Positions 8,180-16,829 of a DNA stretch of 42,033 nt are shown here, one piece after another. Origin of the DNA: Methylococcaceae bacterium (GTDB lineage Bacteria > Pseudomonadota > Gammaproteobacteria > Methylococcales > Methylomonadaceae); contig SXIZ01000163.1 in NCBI GenBank assembly GCA_005779525.1, positions 1 to 42,033 on the forward strand, written 5' to 3'. The notes under the pieces are model-generated. The model was not told the origin of the DNA. It searched no databases and worked only from the letters and a program-made list of their open reading frames with translations. Within the stretch, counting starts at the first letter, position 1, and every line of letters starts with the position of its first letter. A program made the position numbers and the translations under genes.

Positions 8180-10528
8180 ATGAGAGTTAACTTACCGATT
8201 ACAGATCGCGAAGTGGTTATGCAGCCCGGGACAATTCTCGTAACCAAAACCGATTTAAAAGGCATTATTACTTATGCCAATGACGCTTTTGTAGAGATAA
8301 GTGGCTTTACGCGTGAGGAGCTTATCGGTAAGAGCCATAACATCGTACGTCATCCAGACATGCCAGAAGTCGCTTTCCAGGATTTGTGGACTACAGTTAA
8401 ACAAGGACGACCTTGGACGGCCGCGGTAAAAAATCGTACCAAAAACGGTGATTATTATTGGGTCGAAGCTAATGTAACCCCTATGTTTGAGGGGCGAAAA
8501 GTCATAGGCTATCTCTCAGCCCGTTACGCCCCATCCCGCGAATTTATCAAGCAGTCGGCTGAGTGGTATCAGAAGTTGAATGCCTCGGGTGCGAAAACTA
8601 TGCGACCCACTGGAATGGTAGCTAAACTCAAATCCCTATTCGAATTACCACTTACATTTAAATTTAGCGTATTAGCTGTCGCGTATTTATTACCGCTGAT
8701 CTATTTCATGACTACGCTCTATCAGAATGGAAATTATTCTGCTTTAGCGATTGTAGGTGCGTGCGCGTTGACAGCGGTTGCCTTAAATTACAGTTTATTC
8801 CATTTGATCAATGCTACCTTAGAGAAAGGTACGGGAATCTGTTACCGCTTAGCCAATAAATCCTTTAGTAACAAAATAGACTTGAATCGTGAGGATAAGA
8901 TTGGAGATTTCTGGCGTGGCTTATATTCTATGCAGGTTCAGTTGCATGCAGACTTAGCATTCGCCCACGAAGAAGGGGCTAATGCTCAACGGATCAAACA
9001 AGCATTAGACAATGTCGCGTCGTCTGTGATGGTTGCAGATAATAATCTCAATATTATTTATCTCAATAATACGGTTAAAAAGTTATTTCAAAACGCTGAG
9101 AGTGATATTCAGAAGCAATTACCCAATTTTAATGCTGCAAAATTATTAGGATCTAATATTGATATTTTTCATAAAAATCCTGCGCATCAACGTCAGCTAT
9201 TGCTCAATTTGAGTTCTACTTTAAGTTCAAGTTTGCAAATTGGTGGTCGTTATTTAGACATCGTTGCTAATCCGGTGATTACTGAATCCGGCGTAAAAAT
9301 TGGGGTGGTGGTTGAATGGGTAGACCGTTCGAATGAAATTAAAATAGAAAATGAAATTGCAGTCCTCGTAGATGCGGTTAAATCCGGTGATTTGAGTAGT
9401 CGTATTGCCTTAGATGGGAAATCTGGATTTTACGCCAAGTTAAGTCAGGGTATCAATGAAATGAGTGATGTCATTGATCATGGTTTTGTGGATGTGTTGC
9501 AGGTGATGACCGGGATGGCTCAGGGTGATTTGACTCAATATGTGGATAATGATTATGCGGGTATTTATGCAGAATGCCGCGATCATATTAACGAGACCAC
9601 CGCTAAATTACGTGATGTATTTTCAGAAATTAGAGATGCAGCGGAATTTATCAATAACTCTTCACATGAGATTGCCAGTGGAAACAATAATTTATCACAG
9701 CGTGCGGAAGAACAAGCTTCAAGTTTAGAGCAGACCGCCTCAAGCATGGAAGAGTTGACCTCTACCGTTAAAAATAACTCCGATAATGCTCAACGTGCCA
9801 ATATCGTCGCCAGTGAGGCTAGAAATTTAGCTGAAAAAGGTGGGGATGTGGTTAATTCAGCGGTGGCGGCAATGCAAGAAATCAATGAAAGCAGCAACAA
9901 AATTGCTGAAATTATTGGTGTGATTGATGAAATTGCTTTCCAAACTAATCTCCTGGCGTTGAATGCCTCCGTTGAAGCGGCTAGAGCAGGTGAGCAAGGG
10001 CGAGGATTTTCGGTGGTCGCAACTGAAGTGCGCAATTTAGCGCAACGCAGTGCAACCGCTGCCCACCAAAGTAAAGAATTGATTCAAGCGAGCGTCTTAA
10101 AAGTCCGATCCGGTACACAATTTGTCAATGAAACTGGAAAATCACTCAATGCAATTGTGGATAGTATTAAACAAGTAGGTGATATAGTCGCTGAAATTGC
10201 TTCTGCCAGTGCACAGCAGTCCGCAGGAATTGAACAAGTCAATATGGCCGTTGCGCAAATGGACGAAATAACCCAACAAAATGCGGCTTTAGCTGAGCAA
10301 GCCTCGGCTGCAAGCATATCTATGAGTGAGCAAGCAGAGCGTATGACCGCTTTGCTAGATTTTTTTAAAGTCGAAGTCGATAGTAAACCTCTAAAGAATA
10401 ACACTGAGCTAAAAACCAATTCTCAGTCTAAGCATCAAAAAGCAACGCTTCAGACTTCTAAAATCTCCAAATCCACACACGCTGTGGATACTGAAACTGA
10501 TGCAGACGCAAATTGGGATGAGTTTTAG
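8180..10528 (+). CDS. methyl-accepting chemotaxis protein: N-terminal Aer-type PAS, TM hairpin, Aer2-type PAS, HAMP, signalling domain, C-terminal NWDEF pentapeptide
   Basis: 782 aa. The N-terminal PAS carries [17 protein letters not shown]...[12 protein letters not shown] (Aer-like). Two TM helices are joined by a ~6-residue loop. The internal PAS carries [16 protein letters not shown]...[10 protein letters not shown] (Aer2/McpB-like). Receptor tip is [34 protein letters not shown]. The protein ends in NWDEF. Confidence 0.9.
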   Translation: MRVNLPITDREVVMQPGTILVTKTDLKGIITYANDAFVEISGFTREELIGKSHNIVRHPDMPEVAFQDLWTTVKQGRPWTAAVKNRTKNGDYYWVEANVTPMFEGRKVIGYLSARYAPSREFIKQSAEWYQKLNASGAKTMRPTGMVAKLKSLFELPLTFKFSVLAVAYLLPLIYFMTTLYQNGNYSALAIVGACALTAVALNYSLFHLINATLEKGTGICYRLANKSFSNKIDLNREDKIGDFWRGLYSMQVQLHADLAFAHEEGANAQRIKQALDNVASSVMVADNNLNIIYLNNTVKKLFQNAESDIQKQLPNFNAAKLLGSNIDIFHKNPAHQRQLLLNLSSTLSSSLQIGGRYLDIVANPVITESGVKIGVVVEWVDRSNEIKIENEIAVLVDAVKSGDLSSRIALDGKSGFYAKLSQGINEMSDVIDHGFVDVLQVMTGMAQGDLTQYVDNDYAGIYAECRDHINETTAKLRDVFSEIRDAAEFINNSSHEIASGNNNLSQRAEEQASSLEQTASSMEELTSTVKNNSDNAQRANIVASEARNLAEKGGDVVNSAVAAMQEINESSNKIAEIIGVIDEIAFQTNLLALNASVEAARAGEQGRGFSVVATEVRNLAQRSATAAHQSKELIQASVLKVRSGTQFVNETGKSLNAIVDSIKQVGDIVAEIASASAQQSAGIEQVNMAVAQMDEITQQNAALAEQASAASISMSEQAERMTALLDFFKVEVDSKPLKNNTELKTNSQSKHQKATLQTSKISKSTHAVDTETDADANWDEF

Positions 10529-10689
10529 CTATACCCTCTTTGGGATACACTTAAGAGTTGTCGTTGAATCAATACGAAAAGATTTTGAACAAGTGCATCC
10601 CATCGTATGAATTACGTGGACATTAGATTTGAAACAGGTTTGAAGATATCAGTTCCTGTAGGTATTAACTTAAGAGTGGAAAATTCATC

Positions 10690-11181
10690 ATGGTAAGCGA
10701 GACCGCAGATACTAAAAAAATTGAGCAATTTTTGACCTTTCAACTGGATGATGAAGCTTACGGCGTTGAAATTCTGAAGGTTCAGGAAATTCGTGGTTGG
10801 GAGCCTGTTCGGGTGATACCCAATACCCCGCATTACATTAAAGGGGCATTAAATTTGCGAGGCGCTATCGTCCCAATTGTGGATTTGCGGGAGCGTTTTG
10901 GCATGCAGGCTAAAGAGTATACTCCAGTCACCGTGGTCATCGTACTGTGCGTTGAAAATGCTTCAGGTAGCCATGTGATTGGACTAGTCGCGGATGCAGT
11001 TTCAGATGTTTTAGACATTCGCTCGGGAGATATAAAAAAATCTCCAGATCTGGGCTCTAAAATTGATACCCGATATATGCGCGGCATGTACGTATACAAG
11101 CAGGGTATGATTATGCTGCTGGATGCAGATCGATTGCTTAATCCGGCTGAATTTGAAGGCATCAGTCGTTTAGTGGAATAA
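10690..11181 (+). CDS. cheW: chemotaxis coupling protein CheW (copy 2)
   Basis: 163 aa. High similarity by eye to copy 1 across the core (FLTFQLDDEAYGVEILKVQEIRGWEPV...[16 protein letters not shown]). Confidence 0.9.
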   Translation: MVSETADTKKIEQFLTFQLDDEAYGVEILKVQEIRGWEPVRVIPNTPHYIKGALNLRGAIVPIVDLRERFGMQAKEYTPVTVVIVLCVENASGSHVIGLVADAVSDVLDIRSGDIKKSPDLGSKIDTRYMRGMYVYKQGMIMLLDADRLLNPAEFEGISRLVE

Positions 11182-11182
11182 T

Positions 11183-11944
11183 ATGAATGCGCGAGTGGTA
11201 GCAATTTTTAATCAGAAAGGCGGTGTGGGTAAAACAACTACTTCAACTAATCTGAGTCATGCGCTTGCAAAAGCAGGCAAAAAAGTAACCGTTATCGATT
11301 TTGATCCACAAGGACATTTGTCCATCTCACTGGGTATGTTAAATCGCCAAGCTTCTGGGATTGATGCCGTTTTACTCGATGGCGCAGATGTCTCTCAGTG
11401 TGTCATACCGATGCGAGAAAATCTTCAATTAATCCCTTCTGGACCCAAACTACATGACATCGAACTCATGAGCACGGGTGGCGCAAAGCGCAGTGAAATT
11501 TTGAGACATACTTTGTTAAATGACTTCCAAGACCAAGATTATGTGTTTATCGATTGTCCGCCTTCTTCTGGCTTATTGGTAGCAAATGTTTTATTTGCCA
11601 CGGATGAGATTTTAATTCCCATGAGCAGTGATTTTTTAGCATTGCAAGGGCTTTCAGATTTGATCAAAACTATTAGAAAATTTGAGCAGGTTTTAAAGAA
11701 AAAATACAAAACCCAAATAGTGATGGCACGCTATACTTCTAGTAGGAAATTTTCAAAAGAAGTCTTGGGTAAGTTACAGCAATATTTTCCCCAACAAATT
11801 TTAGCGACTGTAATCCGTGAGACTGCGGTATTGTCTGAATGCACTAGTTTTGGCATGACAATTTTTGAGTATCGACCTAAAAGTGTATCGGCGAATGATT
11901 TTCACAATTTAGCCAAAGATTTTTTGCAAGGTAAGGTGATGTAA
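11183..11944 (+). CDS. ParA/MinD-family P-loop ATPase embedded in the che operon
   Basis: 253 aa. Deviant Walker A FNQKGGVGKTTTS, A' box VIDFDPQGH, Walker B YVFIDCPPS. The ATG lies 1 nt after the cheW2 stop, and its TAA overlaps the next ATG (TAATG). Confidence 0.9.
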   Translation: MNARVVAIFNQKGGVGKTTTSTNLSHALAKAGKKVTVIDFDPQGHLSISLGMLNRQASGIDAVLLDGADVSQCVIPMRENLQLIPSGPKLHDIELMSTGGAKRSEILRHTLLNDFQDQDYVFIDCPPSSGLLVANVLFATDEILIPMSSDFLALQGLSDLIKTIRKFEQVLKKKYKTQIVMARYTSSRKFSKEVLGKLQQYFPQQILATVIRETAVLSECTSFGMTIFEYRPKSVSANDFHNLAKDFLQGKVM

Positions 11945-12393
11945 TGGCAAAAAAACAAGAAGAAAGTTTGCTGGGTTATGATCCATTAGCGTGGATGAAT
12001 GAGGAACCGCAAGGCGAGGAAGTTTCTGCTGCGCAAGAGCAAGAGCAAGTAGCGTCTGCTACCGAGCACAGTTCCAATGCTCAAGTAACTCAAGAAAATC
12101 AACTCAAAGTGGTTTTGGAAGCGGTTCAAAATATTCAAAATGTCGCTAATTTACGTGAGGAGATTATTAGTAAATTAGAAAATAGTTTGGGAGCTATCGA
12201 AATTGATGCCTCTGCGGTAAATTCAATTGATACTGCCACCTTACAATTATTTGTGGCCCTTAAAAAAGAAACCGATCGATTAGAACGGGTATTAGTTTTC
12301 GATTTTCCTTCAGAAAGATTTCTGGAGGCCGCTAATCTAATAGGGGTCAGCAAATTATTAGAGCTTGATAAATCTGCCTCTGGATTTTTCTGA
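11944..12393 (+). CDS. STAS-domain protein with basic N-terminal peptide and acidic linker
   Basis: 149 aa. N-terminus MAKKQEESLLGYDPLAWM, then an E/Q-rich linker of about 45 aa. The C-terminal ~95 aa show a STAS-like pattern (IEIDASAVNSIDTATLQLFVAL...VLVFDFPSERFLEAANLIGVSKLL). The STAS assignment is by eye only. Confidence 0.65.
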   Translation: MAKKQEESLLGYDPLAWMNEEPQGEEVSAAQEQEQVASATEHSSNAQVTQENQLKVVLEAVQNIQNVANLREEIISKLENSLGAIEIDASAVNSIDTATLQLFVALKKETDRLERVLVFDFPSERFLEAANLIGVSKLLELDKSASGFF

Positions 12394-12473
12394 GGGTTTC
12401 CCAATTTGTACGATGAACAAAATATCTGCACAAGATATTTTGCAGTTTTGATAGTTGATTAGGGGATTACACA

Positions 12474-13304
12474 GTGAGTAAAGCACGTGAATTTGAATAT
12501 ACGCGGGAGGATTTTAATTTTTTGCGAAAATTATCGAACGAATATTCAGGTATCATAGTTTCTGATGACAAATTTGATATGTTTTATTCGCGCCTATCGA
12601 AACGGGTTAGAGTGCTAGGTCTGCAAAGTTTTAAAGAATATTGTGTTTATTTGGAGAATAATCCAGAAAAAGAATTTACCGATTTTATGAATTCAGTGAC
12701 GACGAATTTGACGTCATTTTTTCGTGAAAATCATCATTTTGAATATCTGAAACAGACGCTCATTCCGATATTACTGAAAAAAAACAGTGCCAGCAAAAAA
12801 ATAACGCTGTGGTCGGCAGGATGTTCAACCGGGGAAGAGCCGTATTCTTTGGCGATGACCTTGTTAGAAAATGTACCCGCTGGCTGGGAAATAAAAATAC
12901 TGGCGACCGATTTAGATACGAATGTACTGAAAGCTTCCGCTGAAGGTATTTACACAACAGACCGTATTGGTGGGCTATCGCCCGAGCGTTTAAAACGCTG
13001 GTTTAAACAAGGGACGGGTGTGAATGCTACCAAGATTAAAGTTAAACCGGAATTACAGGCATTAATTCGCTTCCGCCAATTGAACCTCATGCGTGAATGG
13101 CCCATGAAGGGAAAATTTGATTTTATTTTTTGTAGGAATGTTTTGATTTATTTTGATCGGGAAACTAAAAGTCAGTTAGCCCAACGTTACGCGCAATTTT
13201 TAGAGCCCGCTGGACTACTGTTTATTGGGCATTCAGAGTCACTGCACCAATTAACTACAGATTTTGAGTTAATTGGTAATACCATTTATAAGAAAAAAGG
13301 CTAA
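12474..13304 (+). CDS. cheR: chemotaxis protein methyltransferase CheR
   Basis: 276 aa, GTG start. Motifs TNLTSFFRE, WSAGCSTGEEPYSLAM and FCRNVLIYFD are typical of CheR. Confidence 0.92.
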   Translation: MSKAREFEYTREDFNFLRKLSNEYSGIIVSDDKFDMFYSRLSKRVRVLGLQSFKEYCVYLENNPEKEFTDFMNSVTTNLTSFFRENHHFEYLKQTLIPILLKKNSASKKITLWSAGCSTGEEPYSLAMTLLENVPAGWEIKILATDLDTNVLKASAEGIYTTDRIGGLSPERLKRWFKQGTGVNATKIKVKPELQALIRFRQLNLMREWPMKGKFDFIFCRNVLIYFDRETKSQLAQRYAQFLEPAGLLFIGHSESLHQLTTDFELIGNTIYKKKG

Positions 13305-13310
13305 TAACTA

Positions 13311-13937
13311 ATGGAGTTAAGTCCACCTTCGGTTGCAGGTTTTGAAAATATTTCTCGCTATTGGGACAAAATTAATAATACGGTGGCTGCTAAGCTACTC
13401 CCTGGGGAGTATTATGTCACCAAAGAAAATGAGATGATTACCACGGTGCTTGGCTCTTGCATTTCGGCCTGTATACGCGACAAGATCTCAGGGATTGGAG
13501 GCATGAACCATTTTATGCTTCCCGAAACTTCGCAATCGCGGCTGGATGAAGGGCGCGAGTCAGTAGTAGGTAATGCAACACGCTATGGCAACTACGCTAT
13601 GGAGCATTTGATCAATACCATTTTGGCGAATGGTGGTAAGCGTAAAAATCTCGAAGTTAAAGTATTTGGAGGAGGGAAAATTATCGCGTCACTCGGCGAT
13701 GTCGGGCTAAAAAATATTACTTTTGTTATGGATTATATAGATACTGAGGGACTACTCTTGGTCTCTAAGGATTTAGGCGATATTTATCCGCGTAAAATAA
13801 ATTTTTACCCGCAGTCAGGTCGTGTACGTATGAAGAAAATTCAGGATTTGCATAATGACACGATTGCTCTACGCGAAAGTCAATACCGCCGTACCATTAA
13901 AGATGTACCCGTGGTTGGTGATGTGGAATTGTTTTGA
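13311..13937 (+). CDS. cheD: chemoreceptor glutamine deamidase CheD
   Basis: 208 aa. CheD signature (TVLGSCISACIRD...GMNHFMLP...KVFGGG). Confidence 0.88.
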   Translation: MELSPPSVAGFENISRYWDKINNTVAAKLLPGEYYVTKENEMITTVLGSCISACIRDKISGIGGMNHFMLPETSQSRLDEGRESVVGNATRYGNYAMEHLINTILANGGKRKNLEVKVFGGGKIIASLGDVGLKNITFVMDYIDTEGLLLVSKDLGDIYPRKINFYPQSGRVRMKKIQDLHNDTIALRESQYRRTIKDVPVVGDVELF

Positions 13938-13946
13938 GAAGTGTAC

Positions 13947-15059
13947 ATGGAAAAAATAAAACTGCTTATAGTTGATGATTCGGCGCTGATACGCAAAATT
14001 CTGACTGAAATTTTTAATTCAGCCCCCGATATAGAAGTGGTTGGAGTTGCTGAAGATCCGCTGATTGCTAGGGAGTTGATCAAAAAACTTAACCCAGACG
14101 TATTAACTTTAGATGTTGAAATGCCGCGTATGGATGGCATAACGTTTTTACGCAATTTAATGCGTTTGCGCCCCATGCCTGTAGTGATGATTTCAACTTT
14201 AACTGAAAAAGGTGCGGATATCACTCTTGAAGCTTTGGGTATCGGGGCTGTTGATTTTGTGCCAAAACCTAAAGTCGATGTCAAAAGTACTTTTAATGAC
14301 TATGCTGAAGATATTATTGCTAAAGTCCGTATGGCCTCTAAAGCTAAAATTCAGGGCGTGGAAGTTACAAATTCTACTTCAGGGAGTAAGCGGGCTGTAA
14401 AATCTTTACCTCCTACGGTTCTCGGATGCTCACAAAATAATTCGGTGGACATTATTATTCCAGCTCTCCTAGAGCGGCCACTAATCAGAAAAACTGAAAA
14501 AATTATTGCCTTAGGCTCGTCGACTGGCGGTACCGAAGCAGTAAAAGTTGTCGCGCGCGAGTTGCCTGAGAATACGCCCGCCATTTTGATCTCGCAACAT
14601 TTGCCTGTTGCGTTTAGTGCGTCTTTTGCCAAGCATGTGAACGATATCTCTCCCATGCAGGTGTCACTTGCTGAAGATGGGCAACCCATTTTGCCTGGCA
14701 ATATTTATATTGCGCCTGGAGATAAACATTTGTTAGTGTTGCGGGAGGCAGGGCGGTATATTTGTCGTTTGCATAGTGGTCCGCCAGTGAATCGGCACAA
14801 ACCCTCGGTTGATGTGATGTTTCGTTCAGTTGCGCAGCAGGTAGGATCTAATGCTATTGGGGTGATGTTAACCGGAATGGGTGCGGATGGTGCACGGTGC
14901 ATGAAGGAAATGCGTGATGCGGGCGCTAGAAATATCGTTCAAGATGAGGAATCGAGTGTGGTTTGGGGAATGCCAGGCGAAGCTTACCGATTAGGAGCGG
15001 CTGAAGTGGTAGTTCCTTTAAATCAGATTGCTAAACAAATACTTAAATTTGCGAGTTAA
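13947..15059 (+). CDS. cheB: protein-glutamate methylesterase/deamidase CheB
   Basis: The track ORF starts at GTG 13941; the ATG at 13947 gives [12 protein letters not shown]. It has a receiver domain plus a methylesterase domain ([21 protein letters not shown]). Confidence 0.92.
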   Translation: MEKIKLLIVDDSALIRKILTEIFNSAPDIEVVGVAEDPLIARELIKKLNPDVLTLDVEMPRMDGITFLRNLMRLRPMPVVMISTLTEKGADITLEALGIGAVDFVPKPKVDVKSTFNDYAEDIIAKVRMASKAKIQGVEVTNSTSGSKRAVKSLPPTVLGCSQNNSVDIIIPALLERPLIRKTEKIIALGSSTGGTEAVKVVARELPENTPAILISQHLPVAFSASFAKHVNDISPMQVSLAEDGQPILPGNIYIAPGDKHLLVLREAGRYICRLHSGPPVNRHKPSVDVMFRSVAQQVGSNAIGVMLTGMGADGARCMKEMRDAGARNIVQDEESSVVWGMPGEAYRLGAAEVVVPLNQIAKQILKFAS

Positions 15060-15070
15060 CGGGAGGCAAA

Positions 15071-16261
15071 ATGAAACACTTTCTATCTAGAAACTGGTTG
15101 CCTATCGCATTGACGCTAATTTTGTTGGTTCTGCCAATGGCATTGCCAACACAGTACCTTTTTTGGATTGCCGTACCCCTTATTTCTTTAACGTGGGCCA
15201 TTAACGGTTATCAGCAAGTGAAACAAGCTGAGCAACAGCAGTTGGAGCTTGATCGACAAAATCAGTTGCAAAATATTGCGGCGATAGATACTTATTTGCA
15301 GGCTTTAGATGGCTGTATTAAACAAGAAGTGCAGCAGTTTATTGCCGATTTAGGACAGCTTCGCTCTGTAGTCGGTGACGCTGTGAACACCATGGGAAAT
15401 AGTTTTAAAAGCTTGCATAGCTTGTCATCCGATCAGGCGAGAATCGTCTTCTCAATTGTGGGCAATACTGGGAAAAATGATAAGGCAATTAGTTTTACGC
15501 GCTTTGCCGAAGAAACCGATCAAGTACTACGCTATTTTATCGATCATATTTTATTGATTAGCAAACAAAGTATGGAAATGGTGGCGGTGATTGGCGATTT
15601 GCGGGAACACATGGGTTTAGTAGAAAAACTGGTGAGTGATGTTCAAGGGATTGCTGATCAAACCAATCTGTTGGCGCTAAATGCAGCTATTGAGGCCGCT
15701 CGTGCTGGTGAAGCGGGGCGTGGCTTTGCCGTTGTTGCCGAAGAGGTGCGTAATTTATCGAAAAATTCCGATAAATTTAGCGAAGAAATTCGCAAAGTGG
15801 TTAATGCTTCGAAATCCAACATCGAGCGAGCGAATCAAATGATAGAGACCATGGCCTCCAAAGACATGAATGTTGCAATAACCTCTAAATCTAAAATTGA
15901 TCAAATGATGGCGGATATTGCGGTTATGAATGTCGCGATGGAGCAGAAATTATTGCAGGTCTCAGAATTAAGCAAACATTTGGATTTTACAGTGAACGAT
16001 GCCGTTAGAGGCTTGCAGTTTGAAGATTTAACCCGTCAATTAATCGAATACCTTCAAGGAAATACGCGGCATTTCCAAGTCCTTGCTGAGGAAGTACGTT
16101 TAGGCTTAGGGATTTTTAAAACCGATGATCCGCAATTGTGGGTGGGTGAACTGGAAAGTGGTCAAAAACGTTTACTCACGATGCAGCAAGATTGGCAAGA
16201 TAAAGGAAAAAAAATTGTGGCTCAGAACTCAATGTCGGAAGGCGAAATTGAAATGTTCTAG
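15071..16261 (+). CDS. short membrane-anchored methyl-accepting chemotaxis protein without a periplasmic sensor domain
   Basis: 396 aa. Two adjacent N-terminal TM helices have almost no loop between them. Coiled coil follows, then the tip [34 protein letters not shown]. The protein ends in EIEMF. GGGAGG RBS. Confidence 0.88.
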   Translation: MKHFLSRNWLPIALTLILLVLPMALPTQYLFWIAVPLISLTWAINGYQQVKQAEQQQLELDRQNQLQNIAAIDTYLQALDGCIKQEVQQFIADLGQLRSVVGDAVNTMGNSFKSLHSLSSDQARIVFSIVGNTGKNDKAISFTRFAEETDQVLRYFIDHILLISKQSMEMVAVIGDLREHMGLVEKLVSDVQGIADQTNLLALNAAIEAARAGEAGRGFAVVAEEVRNLSKNSDKFSEEIRKVVNASKSNIERANQMIETMASKDMNVAITSKSKIDQMMADIAVMNVAMEQKLLQVSELSKHLDFTVNDAVRGLQFEDLTRQLIEYLQGNTRHFQVLAEEVRLGLGIFKTDDPQLWVGELESGQKRLLTMQQDWQDKGKKIVAQNSMSEGEIEMF

Positions 16262-16315
16262 ATAAACAACTATCCTCATAGTATTTAAGAATAACGAAAC
16301 TTAGAGAGAAATATA

Positions 16316-16621
16316 ATGGCGGTAACAACTAACTTCGATGCATCAAAATCGATTTTAACTATCAAAATTGCTGGTCGATTTGATTTTGGTGCCCATCAAG
16401 ATTTTCGGAATGCTATAGATCAAATTAAGTTGACTACCAAACAAGTTGTGATTGATTTTTATGCGACAGAGTACATGGATAGCTCGGCTTTAGGTATGCT
16501 GTTGGTATTACGCGATAAAGTCAGTACGAGCTCTCAATCTATTAAGTTAATGAATATTCGGCCAGAAGTTAGAAAGATATTGGAAATTGCGAATTTTGAT
16601 AAATTATTTAATCTGGGATAA
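16316..16621 (+). CDS. STAS-domain anti-sigma-factor antagonist (SpoIIAA/RsbV/CrsA/HsbA-like)
   Basis: 101 aa. Typical STAS pattern with a candidate phospho-serine in YMDSSALGMLLVL, followed by NIRPEVRKILEIANFDKLF. Confidence 0.85.
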   Translation: MAVTTNFDASKSILTIKIAGRFDFGAHQDFRNAIDQIKLTTKQVVIDFYATEYMDSSALGMLLVLRDKVSTSSQSIKLMNIRPEVRKILEIANFDKLFNLG

Positions 16622-16829
16622 TAGGTGAGTTGCTGAAAAAGCCAAGAATGTATGATGTTCTATGCGTGATATTAATTTAAAAGTATTGTATTCTAGAAAA
16701 TTGAATGCTTTGTTTGAAGTGCTATCTTTACCGCAGCAACACACTTTTGGGCTGAGTCAAGTGACATTCAACGCTGTTTTATGAGCTTGGCGATAAATGC
16801 AGAATTTAATGGTTTAAAAATAAAAAAAT

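Noticed and set aside
10084-10419. Antisense ORFs inside strongly supported genes (for example 10084-10419, 9790-10035, 13880-14284, 14351-14701, 21949-22541, 23763-24104, 33316-34595, 38569-38784, 39222-39669)
   Set aside because: Each lies opposite a gene with unmistakable family motifs. They have low-complexity, Ser/Ala/Thr/Cys-rich composition and no RBS. These are typical shadow ORFs.
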